Origin: Eledone cirrhosa
Taxonomy: Eukaryota
Reading direction: 5' to 3'
DNA length: 64,000 nucleotides
Assembly: GCA_964016885.1 (NCBI GenBank)
Contig: CAXHJY010000275.1
Coordinates: 1-64,000, forward strand
Both the position numbers and the translations under genes were made by a program. This document shows positions 1 through 10,547 of the stretch, one piece after another. The stretch's first letter is position 1; each line of letters starts with the position of its first letter. The notes beneath the pieces were generated by a model that ran no database searches, had not been told where the DNA came from, and worked only from the letters and a program-made list of their open reading frames with translations.

Positions 1-84
1 ATATATGTGTATATATGTGTATATATGTGTATATATGTGTATATATATGTATATATACGTATATATGTGTGTATATATATATAT
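1..84. repeat. (TA)n/(TATATATGTG)n microsatellite
   Basis: Repeated atatatgtgt units followed by (TA)n at the window start. Confidence 0.95.
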
Positions 85-735
85 TTGTCAACGCTTTAAA
101 TGGTCAGACCCTCGTCGTTCCCTGCGAACTATAATGTAAATGCCATTTTTCTTATCTCTCTCCAGCCTATCGGTCAATTCATTCATATATCCGTACCTTC
201 GCCCAGAATCCAATCTTTTGCTCTCTCTTAATGCTATTCTATAATTCTGTCAGGTTGTTTCTAAATAATCTACTTGTATTTTTAAACCCCATTATTCGCT
301 TATTATTACTGTTATATGCTTCCCCAATTATGCCCAAAATCTGAAGATTTCATTTAAAACCTCTCGCTAACTACCCTATTTGTTTTTCTAAAATAACAAT
401 CTTGTTTGTTTAAATTTGGACGAAAACAATTCTAGGATTTATAAAATGGCCTCATTGTCCCTCTTATCCCTTACCCCCCCCCCCCACTATATCGTATTAA
501 GCGCTGGCTAGTTCACCCTCAGTTCACCCTTTCAATCACTCCCTTCTCTCACCAAATATAAATAATCTTCTCTCTGCTAACTACCCCATACCCCTCCCTC
601 CCGCCCCCACTCTCCACCATTATTATTTGGACCAATCATAAGTCAATGGCCTATGCTATCACTTCTCCTGGTTGCTTTTCGATATGATGGATGGACTAAG
701 GAATTTCTGGAGAGTCTGAAGAATCTGGACACTCG

Positions 736-1303
736 ATGACAATGCCAAAGATAACGACAAATTCACCTCATGCTGCCGGACGAAAGGGCAAGGCCCCCTC
801 CTCTTTGTTTCGGCCGCGGATGGCCAACATAACCCCAACCCCATCCCCCTCACCCCTCCCTGCGCCCCATCCTCCAAACACAATCCAAAACTTCAGAGTT
901 GGTACCATGAATGTAGGCACCTTAAAAGGCCGCTCTAACGAGGTTGTAGAAATGTTTGAACGTAAGGAGGTTGATGTTTGCTGTATCCAAGAGACCAGGT
1001 GGAGGGGCGGGTCTGCTAGATTCATTGTGGGTAAAAAACGTTGCTATAAGCTCTTCTGGGTGGGAAATGACAATGGGATAGGTGGGGTAGGAATCATGTT
1101 AGCAGAAAAATGGGTGGATAAGATAATAGACGTAAATAGAGTAAATGACAGAATAATTAAAATAAGACTTGTTCTAAATAGAACTACTGTGACAGTAATA
1201 TCGGCATACGCGCCCCAATCCGGACTGCCTGGCACTATAAAAGACAGATTCTATGAGACACTGATGCTCACTACTTCCCAAATAACCGACAGTGACTATA
1301 TAA
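736..1303 (+). mobile_element. RTE-clade LINE 5' fragment encoding the N-terminal half of an APE-type endonuclease
   Basis: ORF 736-1545 contains the motifs RVGTMNVGTL, DVCCIQETRW, GIGGVGIML, VNDRII and VISAYAPQ typical of non-LTR retrotransposon endonucleases. Homology stops at ~1303 (DYII), just before the expected GDFN motif. Confidence 0.9.
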
Positions 1304-1545
1304 TTCCGCTGCACCTCCTCCAACCTAGTCTATGGACTTCCCTACATCGGACAGACTGGACGTCGCCTGGCAGACCGTTTTACCGAACACCTCCGGGAAA
1401 TTCGTCTCGGCGAGAGTTCCCCCATCGCCCGCCATTTGGCTCCCTAGACTTCCGCGCACCACCTCACAGTGTGTGGCCTACTCCAATGCCACGGAACACT
1501 CGCCAACAACGAACCATCTTCACCCTACAGACCCCCCCCACCTGA

Positions 1546-2900
1546 ACTCCCCACCCCTATTCCTTTAGCCTTCGACCGCCCTGTCGCCCCCACACATATC
1601 CCCCACTAACACACCTCCTTTTCACCGTCCACCCCACAACTAACAATATTAACACCCCCACCCCACCCCCCGACCACCTTCCCCCAACTAACAATACCAA
1701 CATCTTTTCCCCCGCCCCCTATCACGCACACACCCACCGGTACATATACACGCACTCACACTATCCTCACACCCTACTACCACCACTGACCCTCACCCAC
1801 CACCCCATAACTAATACCACTAACATCCCCACGAACACACCCACTTACACCACCCACTCTACACCCTACCACCACTGACCCCCACTAACACACCCACATT
1901 CAACCCTTTCCCCACCACCAGTATACTAACACCCACTACACCCCATTCAACACACACACACTCATCCAAACATGCACACACACACACCAGTACACTACAC
2001 TCCCTCCACCGTCCCCCACACCTTTCTCTCCCTCTCCCTGCTCCACCCACACCCCTTCACACACACACACCCCACTAATACCCCCCCCCCCCGCACGACC
2101 CCCTCCCCACTCCACCTTTCACACCTACCCATCCTCTCCCCTGTCCACCACACCTCCACACACACTGACACACTGACTTTCTCCACCTGCCATTCTCCTC
2201 TACTGCTGCTATGCCTTGACCCTCTGACCACTTCTCTGCACACAGACACACAGCCCTCTCCATCTGTCATTCTCCTCTACCCTCCTCCTGCCTTGACCCT
2301 CTGACCACATCCCCCCTCTTCCGACCAATACAAACATGGATTACACACATCGGCCATCGTTCCCACCATCAACTCCATCACAAGGAAAATATCCGGCAAC
2401 TCACGACACCCCCCTATGGAACTACCTTAGGAACTTACCCACGGAAATACACTCACAAAAATTTATTTTCCAACCACGCCACCTACTCCACAATATGTAT
2501 AAACACCACACACACACGTGCATACCCCCACATATATACACACTCAGCCTCCGGAATCCTCTCCCCCCTCCCCACCCCTCTGAACCCTCCCCATCCACAC
2601 GCGCACACACACACACCGACCTACACCCCACCCCACACAGCTTTTCCTGAACATGGAACCTCGTTCTTCCCCCAACTTTCATATACACACACTTCGCCTC
2701 CCTCTCCCCACTCCACCTGCCACCACCCCTACATCCCCACACCCTTCCACCACTTGTTTATCTTCATGTTTATTTTTATTTTTATTTTTTTTATATTTAT
2801 TTTTATTTGTACCCCTTCCACAGCCCCCCCCCCTTTTTTTTCTAAACGTCTCTCCCCCACTCCCCTACACACCCTCGGAACTCTCTTCCCACACACTTTT
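1546..2900. repeat. C/A-rich low-complexity tract (strongly G-poor on + strand)
   Basis: Runs of CCCCA, CACAC and CCTC; the ORFs called here are compositional artefacts. Confidence 0.85.
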
Positions 2901-2956
2901 CGCCTGAAGACGGGCTTATGCCCGAAACGCCCGCCCCCACTCTCAAGAGCGTGAAA
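2897..2956 (+). ncRNA. Hammerhead ribozyme-like motif (PLE type), probably degenerate
   Basis: CTGAAGA (2904-2910), an extra C, stem II GGGC-ttat-GCCC (2912-2923), GAAAC (2924-2928). A possible stem III is ACGC/GCGT, or stem I tttcgc/gtgaaa. A canonical NUH cleavage triplet is not cleanly present. Confidence 0.6.
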
Positions 2957-3654
2957 CTAATAAACCTTTGTTCGTACTGCCTCTCTGTTTTGTTCCCGTC
3001 CCATTTTTCACTATATATATATATATAACAAAGGAATTGTGGTAAGGAACCAGATGGACCATAACGCACCAGAGTACTCAATACTTAGGGTAGTAGAGTG
3101 GAAAATAGGAAAAAGTATGACCCCGACGAGAGAGCTCAATCCGTTTCGACGGCTATTTCTGGACTAAATTAGAATTTTTAGCCTGGTGAATAAATACCCG
3201 TATTATCTTCGTTTTTTCCGTTCATTGCCAGAGAACGTCTCTATGAACCACCTAAGAGAACATTAGTCTACGACTTCTTTTATACTATAAACGTGGTTCT
3301 GTCTTTGCGCGTAATTGTTTTTCACCGCTCCAAATAATGACGTATTATATTCGTTTTTTCCCATTCTTTGCCAGGGAACGTTTCCACGAACCAAAGTATC
3401 GTCTTCTTGTCTTCCTCCGGTTGCAACGTTTTTTGAAATATTCACTTCTGCGTTCACAGATTGACTTTGTTAGTTTCAGAAGATCCCGTTAAGGGTGAAA
3501 GCAGCGATTCTTTGCTTAAACTTTAATCTGTTATTTTAATAAATATTTGCTCTACGGTTCTTATATATTTGATATATATTTATCCTTATTGAGCCCTCTT
3601 TGGATTTTAGTCTTCAAATTTGTTATTATTATTATATATATATATACATACACA

Positions 3655-3816
3655 TGTCCATACTGTAAATGTGGTTGGTGTTAGGAAGGGCATCCAGCCG
3701 TAGAAAACCTGCCAGACATTCCTATACGAGCAAGACAATCAATCTTGCCTCAAGTGGGAAAATTCCTGTCCAAACACATGCTAGCGTGGAAGATGGAGGT
3801 AAACGATGATGATGAT
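3655..3816 (+). mobile_element. LINE/SINE 3' tail fragment ending in (GAT)n
   Basis: Contains tggttggtgttaggaagggcatccagccgtagaaaacc...catgctagcgtgga...gatgatgatgat; near-identical to 4545-4720. Confidence 0.85.
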
Positions 3817-3829
3817 ACACACATATGTA

Positions 3830-4720
3830 TATATTGGCTGACGAAATCAGAGAAAAGGTTTCTCTTTAAAAATGAAAGGCAGATTGTATGATGCTTGTAT
3901 ACGAACAGCAAGGCTACATGGTAGTGAGACATGGGCATTGCGTGCAGAGGACCTGTGTAGGCTGGAAAGGAACGAAGCTTGCATGCTACGTTGGATGTGT
4001 AATAGTAATATATGTGAACGGCAAAGCATAAATGAACTAAGTGAGAAATTAGGAAGAAGAGGGATCAGATGCTGTTTACTCGAGAGAAGACTACGTTGGT
4101 ATGGCCACGTGATGCGCATGAAAGACGACAGCTGTATAAAAATGTGCAGGGCGATCAAAATTGATGGTAGTTACGGAGTAGGTAGACCCAGAAAAACCTG
4201 GGATGATCCGATAAATTCCGACCTTACACACTTGCACCTCTCTAAGACATTGTCACTGGACCGAGATCTTTGGCACTACGCAGTAATACAGAAGACCCGC
4301 CTTGCCTATGTACAAAGCGAAACCTACAGTCAGTAGGCACCTCTTAACCAAATATACACCCCAATCCACTACCCCTAGCCTATCCTCTCACTCCCACCAA
4401 CACCACCCCCTCTCTATAAAGTTGGTACCACAACATCCAGTCCAAATAAATGAGATCGAGATCGTGTAGGTGTTACGAGATAAAACACACAGTCCACACT
4501 GTAATGTGGCCGTGTAGGTAACACGGTAAAAAGTTCCCAGTCCCACATTGTAAATGTGGTTGGTGTTAGGAAGGGCATCCAGCCGTAGAAAACCTGCTAG
4601 ATAGTCCTATATGAACAAGACACTGTCACCCGACCAACCTTGCCTCAAGTGGGACAACTCCCGTGTAACCCATGCTAGCGTGGTAAGTGGACGTTAAACA
4701 AGGATGATGATGATGATGAT
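3830..4720 (+). mobile_element. 5'-truncated RTE LINE: C-terminal ORF region plus 3' UTR with (GAT)n tail
   Basis: ORF 3872-4336 has KGRLYDACIR..LHGSETW, MLRWMC, RRLRWYGHVMRM and GRPRKTW, hallmarks of the RTE C-terminus. It is followed by the shared tail and a GATGATGAT repeat. Confidence 0.9.
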
Positions 4721-5022
4721 ATATATACCATACACAAATATATATATATATATATACCATACACAAACATATATATATATATATCATCATCATCATCATC
4801 GTTTAACGTCCATTTTCTATGCTAGGTCTGGAATATTGTATACACACAAACACACACACATATTTATATATATATATAAGCAAAGAGATATTTAATTTGT
4901 TGGTAATTCAACAAATTTATTTATAGCAGATTCAAAGCACTTGACAAGTTTTCTGGAGTATAATATCAATGATATTAATACATGGAAACTATATTTATAA
5001 AACCATATTTATTTTATTATAT

Positions 5023-5938
5023 ACTAGCAGTGGTACCCGGCGTTGCACGGGATAAGGTATTTCGGAACGCGGGCCGCCAACAGACCTAATCGTGGAAAAA
5101 CTGCATGCCTGGACAAAATGTTAAGAAAATAAACCGAATACTCTGATGGCTGAATAAGATTTTACTCGATGAAGTAGGAAAAATGCAGGTTTTCACCTAA
5201 TGCGGGCACTAGGGGATCAAGAAAATGAATTTTTTTTATGTGCATAACATGCCTTGAAATTTCGGGAAAATCGGCTAGACGTAACGCCTCAAAAAAGCCC
5301 TAAAAAGCTGAAAAAATGAAGTTTTTCACCTAATGCGGGCCCGAGGCCATAAAAAAGTTGGATTTACTTTGCTCACAGTATGAGGAAGAAACTGACTAAT
5401 ACGTAGTTACAACTTCAAGGAAATCGGTCTGACGTAACACCTCTAAAAACCTGAAAAAAAAACGCAGTTTTTCACCTAATGCGGGCGCTTAGGGGATCAA
5501 AAAGTTGAATTTGTTTTATGTGCATAACACTCCCTGAAATATAAGCAATACACATGTAAAGTTTGAAAAAAGTCGGTTGGGTATTTCTCGAGTTTTAGGT
5601 ATTCAAACTCACACACACACACACACACACACATAGACCTCCTCAGGGAAGTGACGTAATGCAGACAGCCAGACATACAGACATATTATAAGGGCGCGAC
5701 GTTTATGTATGTATCTATCTAAAAAGAGAAAGACTAAGAATTATAGAAGAAATCACTAAATCGCCTAATGCGGTCCCTAGGGCATTGAAAATTTGAATTT
5801 TTTTTTTGCTCAGAACACTCCCTGAAACAAGTATTACATGTGTAAAGTTTGAAAACAGTCGGTTGGGTGTTTCTCAAGTTTTAGGGATTCAAACTCACAC
5901 ACACACACACAGACATCCTCAGTTTTATATATATAGAT
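5023..5938 (+). mobile_element. Helentron/HINE-like non-autonomous rolling-circle element with internal sub-repeats
   Basis: Starts ACTAG..TACCCGGCGTTGCACGGG (hairpin 5036-5051) and ends (CA)n-CAGACA...TTTTATATATATAGAT. Internal repeats of (tttc)acctaatgcgg occur at ~5190, 5323, 5470 and 5762, with a duplicated 3' module. Confidence 0.6.
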
Positions 5939-6034
5939 ATTTCAAGGGTACCAAAAAAACTTTGGTAGGCTCTCATCAGATAAAATACAAAATTTGTTTC
6001 ATAAATATTGACGTATCCAGGAATGAGACCTTAA

Positions 6035-6118
6035 CGGTTCAGGTTCTGTTTGGATTCCTCCTTTTTTTTTTCTTATTTTTTCCTCTTTCCTCTCACTATC
6101 CAAACAGAACCTGAACCG
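6035..6118. repeat. Perfect 21-bp inverted repeat with 42-nt pyrimidine-rich loop
   Basis: cggttcaggttctgtttggat (6035-6055) is the exact reverse complement of atccaaacagaacctgaaccg (6098-6118). Confidence 0.95.
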
Positions 6119-6221
6119 ACTAGTCATTGCTGGTTTGAGGGTCTTGTTGATATTTTGTATAGAGTTAGCTAATCATTTTATTATTTTTTTAAAATTAATT
6201 TTTCTGTCTTCTATTTAACAG

Positions 6222-6324
6222 CTGCACATTTTGGCATTCATTAACCAACGCCAGTGAAATACTTACTGCTCGAACAAGACAAGTTGAAGTTAAATCAGAT
6301 AGCAACGCTGGCACAGAAAAAAAG
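6222..6324 (+). CDS. Internal coding exon A of unidentified gene (CTFWHSLTNASEILTARTRQVEVKSDSNAGTEKK)
   Basis: Polypyrimidine tract plus ttaacAG acceptor, donor AAG|GTAATT. 103 nt, open frame after the first base, ends in phase 0, compatible with exon B. Confidence 0.7.
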
Positions 6325-6528
6325 GTAATTTAGTACAAACCATTTCTAATATTTATACATCTATGTTCCCATAACTCCTGAGGGAGTCGTAGGGGCACCA
6401 TATTGATATATAGCATTTCTAGGGCATTTTAAAACCTGGCGTAGCCCATCTCCTCTCCAGGTCTGAATACAGCAAATTTCTTCCAGAGAAGGAGAGAGAG
6501 TGTGAGAGAATAGAAGTGACAAAGATAG

Positions 6529-6760
6529 ATCATCATCATCATTTAATGTCCATCTTCCATGCTAGCATGGGTTAGACTGGAGTTGTCCCACTTGAGGCAA
6601 GGTTGGTATAGGACTATCTGGCAGGTTTTCTACGGTTGGATGCCCTTCCTAACATCAACCACATTTACAGTGTGAACTGGGACCTTTTTACCGTGTTACC
6701 TACATGACCACATTACAGCATGGACTGTGTGTTTTTGTTGTGACACCTATATGACCTGAA
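6529..6760 (-). mobile_element. SINE/LINE 3' part (same family as 4480-4720), minus strand
   Basis: (CAT)n head on + strand, then the reverse complement of the tail (ggatgcccttcctaac...; catgctagcatgggt). Confidence 0.85.
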
Positions 6761-6965
6761 GTTTGGGCTGGATTTACACACACACATGTACGTATGGGTT
6801 ATATCGAACATTAATAATAATGTTCGATTTGTTTTTTAAAAAACCCAGCCCGATTAGAAGCTGTGCCGGTGACCGGTCATTACCTGTTTGTTCAACACTG
6901 GCTTTAAGGAACAATCAACATGTTTCTGGGTCATTACCCTTTATCAGGACTCTATACCTCTCTGC

Positions 6966-7086
6966 CAATGTGTTGAATGGTTGAAAATATATAGGCCAGC
7001 CGCAACTCGCTCGGTATGCAAATGAGGCTACTCAGCCACTGTATACTTGAGAAAATACTATATATTTTCAACCGTTCAACACATTG
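6966..7086. repeat. 29-bp inverted repeat (one mismatch) around a 63-nt core; MITE-like
   Basis: caatgtgttgaatggttgaaaatatatag (6966-6994) pairs with ctatatattttcaaccgttcaacacattg (7058-7086). Confidence 0.9.
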
Positions 7087-7319
7087 TGAGAACATGTGTG
7101 GGCTAGATGCACCCCAGCTTTGTCAGTTAATACCCATCTTGATGGGTTGCTTGACTTGCTTAAAATGGCAACTAAATTCTTATCAAATCACATTATCATC
7201 ATAAAAAGAAAGGGTACATTCAGTAATGTAATCCTAGATAACCATGGCTGGAATACTTCAACATAAGTTTGCTTGACTGGATTTGAGCTGGGACTAAACA
7301 ATAACTAGTATTATTACTT

Positions 7320-7505
7320 TGTGAATTGGCAGTATCGGTAGAGGGTTGGACGCCATGCTTTGACGCATAGTTACGGCCCTTGCCATTCTGAGTTCAAATC
7401 CCGCCGAGGTTAACTTTGCCTTTCATCCTTACGGGGTCGATAAAATAAAGTACCAGTAATGTACTGGGTAATTGCTGGCCTTGTGCCAAAAGTAGAAACA
7501 ATTAT
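7320..7505 (+). mobile_element. tRNA-derived SINE copy 1
   Basis: A-box-like tggcagtatcggtag, B-box gagttcaaatccc, central domain tttgcctttcatccttacggggtcgataaaataaagtaccag, and an (ATT)n-like tail. Confidence 0.8.
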
Positions 7506-7512
7506 TACTTTA

Positions 7513-7722
7513 TTGGTGGATTGGTAGAGCATCGGACAATATGCTTTGTGGCATAGTTACGTCCCTTTATGTTCTGAGTTTAAATTCTACCGAGGTTAAC
7601 TTTGCCTGTTATTCTTACGGGGTTGATAAAATAAAGTACCAGTTATACACTGGGGTCGATTAAATCGACTTCCCCTCCCCCAAAATTGTTGACCTTGTGC
7701 CTAAATTAGAAACCATTATTAC
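7513..7722 (+). mobile_element. tRNA-derived SINE copy 2 (tandem with copy 1)
   Basis: Same head, B-box (gagtttaaattct) and central domain as 7320-7505. Confidence 0.8.
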
Positions 7723-7931
7723 TTTTCCGTCAGTGAACAACAACAAAAAAAAACAAAACAAAGATTACCAGGTAACTTTTACTTTTTGTTAACTCATCTT
7801 GCAGTCCATTTTGCATTGTTTAGCCTTCTATCTCTTTCAATGTAACTATTTAGTTTGGGGAGGTCATTCTGCTAATATGCAGCACACACCAGTTGAGTTT
7901 CACTTCAGTTTTATTATTAGTTGAGTAACCA

Positions 7932-8103
7932 CGGTGATTGATTGACAGTATTGGTTGAACATCAGACCGTGCTTCACAGCATATAGTTACATCCCTTTAC
8001 GTTCTTGTTAGCTTTGCCTAACCCACCGTGGTTAAGTTTGTCTCTTATCAATACGGGGTCAATAAAATAAAGTACCGGTAATACACTGGAGTCAATTTAT
8101 TGA
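7932..8103 (+). mobile_element. tRNA-derived SINE copy 3 (degenerate)
   Basis: ttgacagtattgg...catagttac..ccctttacgttct...cggggtcaataaaataaagtacc is homologous to copies 1-2. Confidence 0.7.
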
Positions 8104-8123
8104 CGCTATAAGGAATCTCATCA

Positions 8124-8207
8124 GGATTTTAACTCAGAACGTAAAGGGACATAACTCTGTCCTAAAGCATATTGTCCACCGTTTTACCGATACTGCCAAT
8201 CACCACC
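8124..8207 (-). mobile_element. tRNA-derived SINE head, inverted
   Basis: Reverse complement reads ggtgattggcagtatcggtaaaacggtggacaatatgcttt...ccctttacgttctgagttaaaatcc, the same head as copies 1-3. Confidence 0.8.
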
Positions 8208-8668
8208 AATTATCTAATAATAATAAAACAAAGTGAAATTCAACTGCTGCGTATGTGTGTATCTTTATTAGAACATGTCCCTCCCAAAGTATACAGAGAA
8301 ACCTTGGTTCATGAACAATTTTTCCAAACATAAACCATCTTGGTTCACAAATGGTGTCTTGAGTAACAAACACACAAGCTGGCATTGACAAGCTTGGAGT
8401 ATCGGTGGGAAAGTGTTACTTGCTGTGTAGTTAGTTACTATGGTGATATTTATCTGTCTTTCACACACAGTCACTCTCTCACTGTATTTCTCTTTCAACA
8501 TTTCATATGGGAAAAACAGTTTCAGTTTATGAGCATTTCAGGTGATGAATGGCCTTCAAGGAACAAATTAAGTTTGTGAACCTAGGTTCCACTGTATTTG
8601 TTTCAACACACTATTTCACATAAAAAATCTTGCAAAACAAATACAAGAAAGCATTTATTATTTTCAAG

Positions 8669-8755
8669 CTACCAGAACATCATAATGGCAATGATTTACA
8701 TGCAGCAGCGGCAGAAAATACAAGAAAAGAAAATGATGTTTCTCAAAATGAACCC
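8669..8755 (+). CDS. Internal coding exon B (LPEHHNGNDLHAAAAENTRKENDVSQNEP)
   Basis: Acceptor tttattattttcaAG, consensus donor GTAAGT. 87 nt, phase 0-0, open frame; joins exons A and C in frame. Confidence 0.7.
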
Positions 8756-8823
8756 GTAAGTATTGCTCAATTTTGATACCCGTGATTTTGTTGAAGTCTA
8801 TCAAATATGCATCATTTTCTTGT

Positions 8824-8938
8824 GAGGTGTTACCTAGTGGTTAAGTTGTAAGACTCAGGATCATAAGGTTGTGGGTTTGATTTCTGGACAGGGCAGTACA
8901 TTGTTTTCTTGAGCAAGATGATTAATTTCATGTTGCTT
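8824..8938 (+). mobile_element. Degenerate tRNA-derived SINE (second family)
   Basis: cctagtggttaag (A box), gggtttgatttct (B box), followed by a cttgagcaaga...tttca.gttgct domain. Confidence 0.6.
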
Positions 8939-9407
8939 TTCATGATAGGTTTGGGGTACCTATCAATAGCTAAACCTACATAGGTGGGAACTGTAAATTT
9001 CATTTAATATTTTCATTTTCTTGGGAAAAATTGCATTTTTTTTAAAAATTTTGAAAGATCAAGCTTTCACATAAATCATAAAGCAGTGTTTCTTAACCCT
9101 TTTTTTTTTTTTGCTAAATGCCTTCCTCTACCCCACTTACAAACACTTGGATACTCACCCCCCCCCCCTCTTCATACTTTGGTATTTACTGCTACTAAAG
9201 ATAGTGGTTATAATTAAACTTAAAATAAATGTAAAGAGGTTTACATTTATTTCAAGTTTAATTCTTGCCATGCCAAGAAAGATGTCAGGTCTTAGTGCAT
9301 GGAATACACTCTATTATTTATTACACATTGAGGCATCCATACATTTTTTAAACCAAACATTAAAATAATTTTAAATGATATATATACACACACAGACACA
9401 CACACAT

Positions 9408-10545
9408 ATCATCACCATTTTACATTTGCATGGGTTGGATGGGTCCTTTCCTACACAGCATCCCTCTTCTCATCATGGTCCTTCATCATTTCCTCTGAGC
9501 TTCAGCGATTTGTGATTAGTCTCACCACTTCCACACAGGTCTTCCTCTACTTTGGCTTCCTTCCTCTGGGATTTCTTAGTACTTCTTCACCCAGCAATCA
9601 TCATCCATATGCATCACATGTCCATATCAGCATAATCTTTTCTCTTCTGCACTACATCTTATTTCTCTTATACCCAGTTTTTCTCTCAATTCATTCATGC
9701 TTTGTCGTTCAAACATAATAACACTGTACATCCATCAAAGCATGCTTCATTTCTCTCCAGCCTTCACACATCTTCACTGCCCATGTCTCACTACCGTGCA
9801 ACATTACACTTCACACACAAATGTCATACAGAGAGACATAGGAAGAAGCCTTTTGTTGTTAACAGAGGTAGTAGCTCCCTGAACTTTTTCCCTCCTGTTC
9901 TTTCTCTAGCTACTATGCTTTCAGAGTACCTTCATCCACTGCTAAATAGATCACCTAGGTAGCAAGAGCTGTTAACTACTCCAATGGATCCTTAAGGACC
10001 ATCAGATGATAGATTGTGGTACTCTCTCAAAAGTCTTCTCTAGATCAAAGAAAGCTAGATATATAGGCTAACTTTTAGCTAGGAATTATCTTGTAGTTGT
10101 CTAACTAAGAAGAGGGTGTATGTAGTACTCCTCCCTTGGCATGGAACCAAACTGCATCTCCTCTAATTTCACCCTTTCTCTAAGTTGTGCTAGAACTCTT
10201 TCTGACACTTTTATTACCTGGTCTATTAGGTTTATGCCTCTGTAGTTGCTCCTTTTCAGAAAGGCGTGTCACCTTTTCCCTTGTAGCAATTAATGACTAT
10301 ATTGCTGCGGCAGTGATTGGTTATGACCCCATTCTGTATTACCTGATTGACTTTGTGGGTGATTAGTTTGGTTCTTACTTCCTCAAACATTTTCAGTATC
10401 TCAGCGACTATCTCTGATGGTCCAGTGGCTTTACCATATTTTGTTTCCTTGATTGCTTCTTTGACCATATAACTATTAATTTTTATGACTGTTCCCTCTG
10501 TTGGGGTTAGTCTCTTTTCTTCCCACTTATTCTTCAATTCATCAG
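9408..10545 (-). mobile_element. Decayed RTE LINE reverse transcriptase fragments
   Basis: Minus-strand ORF 10256-10600 has VKEAIKETKYGKATGPSEI and YKGKGD. Further remnants are NYRGINL, QFGSMP and AFFDLEK, with a degenerate C-terminal region toward 9450; stops and deletions are present. Confidence 0.85.
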
Positions 10546-10547
10546 TA

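Larger units (their letters stand above)
1304..3010 (+). mobile_element. Penelope-like element 3' fragment (degenerate GIY-YIG endonuclease, C-rich tail, hammerhead-like motif, AATAAA)
   Basis: The frame starting at 1304 reads FRCTSSNLVYGLPYIGQTGRRLADRFTEHLREIR...SPIARH, matching the PLE GIY-YIG domain (NxVY..YIG.T.R.L..R..EH) with the CxxC linker missing. Downstream remnants HLTVCGLLQC and QQRTIFTLQT follow, then a C/A-rich tract, CTGAAGA-stem-GAAAC at 2904-2928 and AATAAA at 2959. The 3' boundary is approximate. Confidence 0.8.

Noticed and set aside
712-742. CTGAAGA possible hammerhead upstream of the RTE ORF
   Set aside because: No GAAA box or convincing stems.
1859-2954. Multiple Pro/His/Thr- or Gly/Val-rich ORFs
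   Set aside because: Low-complexity C-rich DNA lacking stops by composition.
7320-7405. tRNA gene
   Set aside because: A/B boxes continue into a SINE body present in several copies; no cloverleaf evident.
7734-7771. Possible extra exon (cAG...CAG|GTAACT)
   Set aside because: Would start with TGA in the required phase 0 and is 38 nt; exons A and B already join in frame.
9085-9370. hAT-like terminus CAGTGTTTCTTAACC
   Set aside because: No matching second TIR or TSD found.
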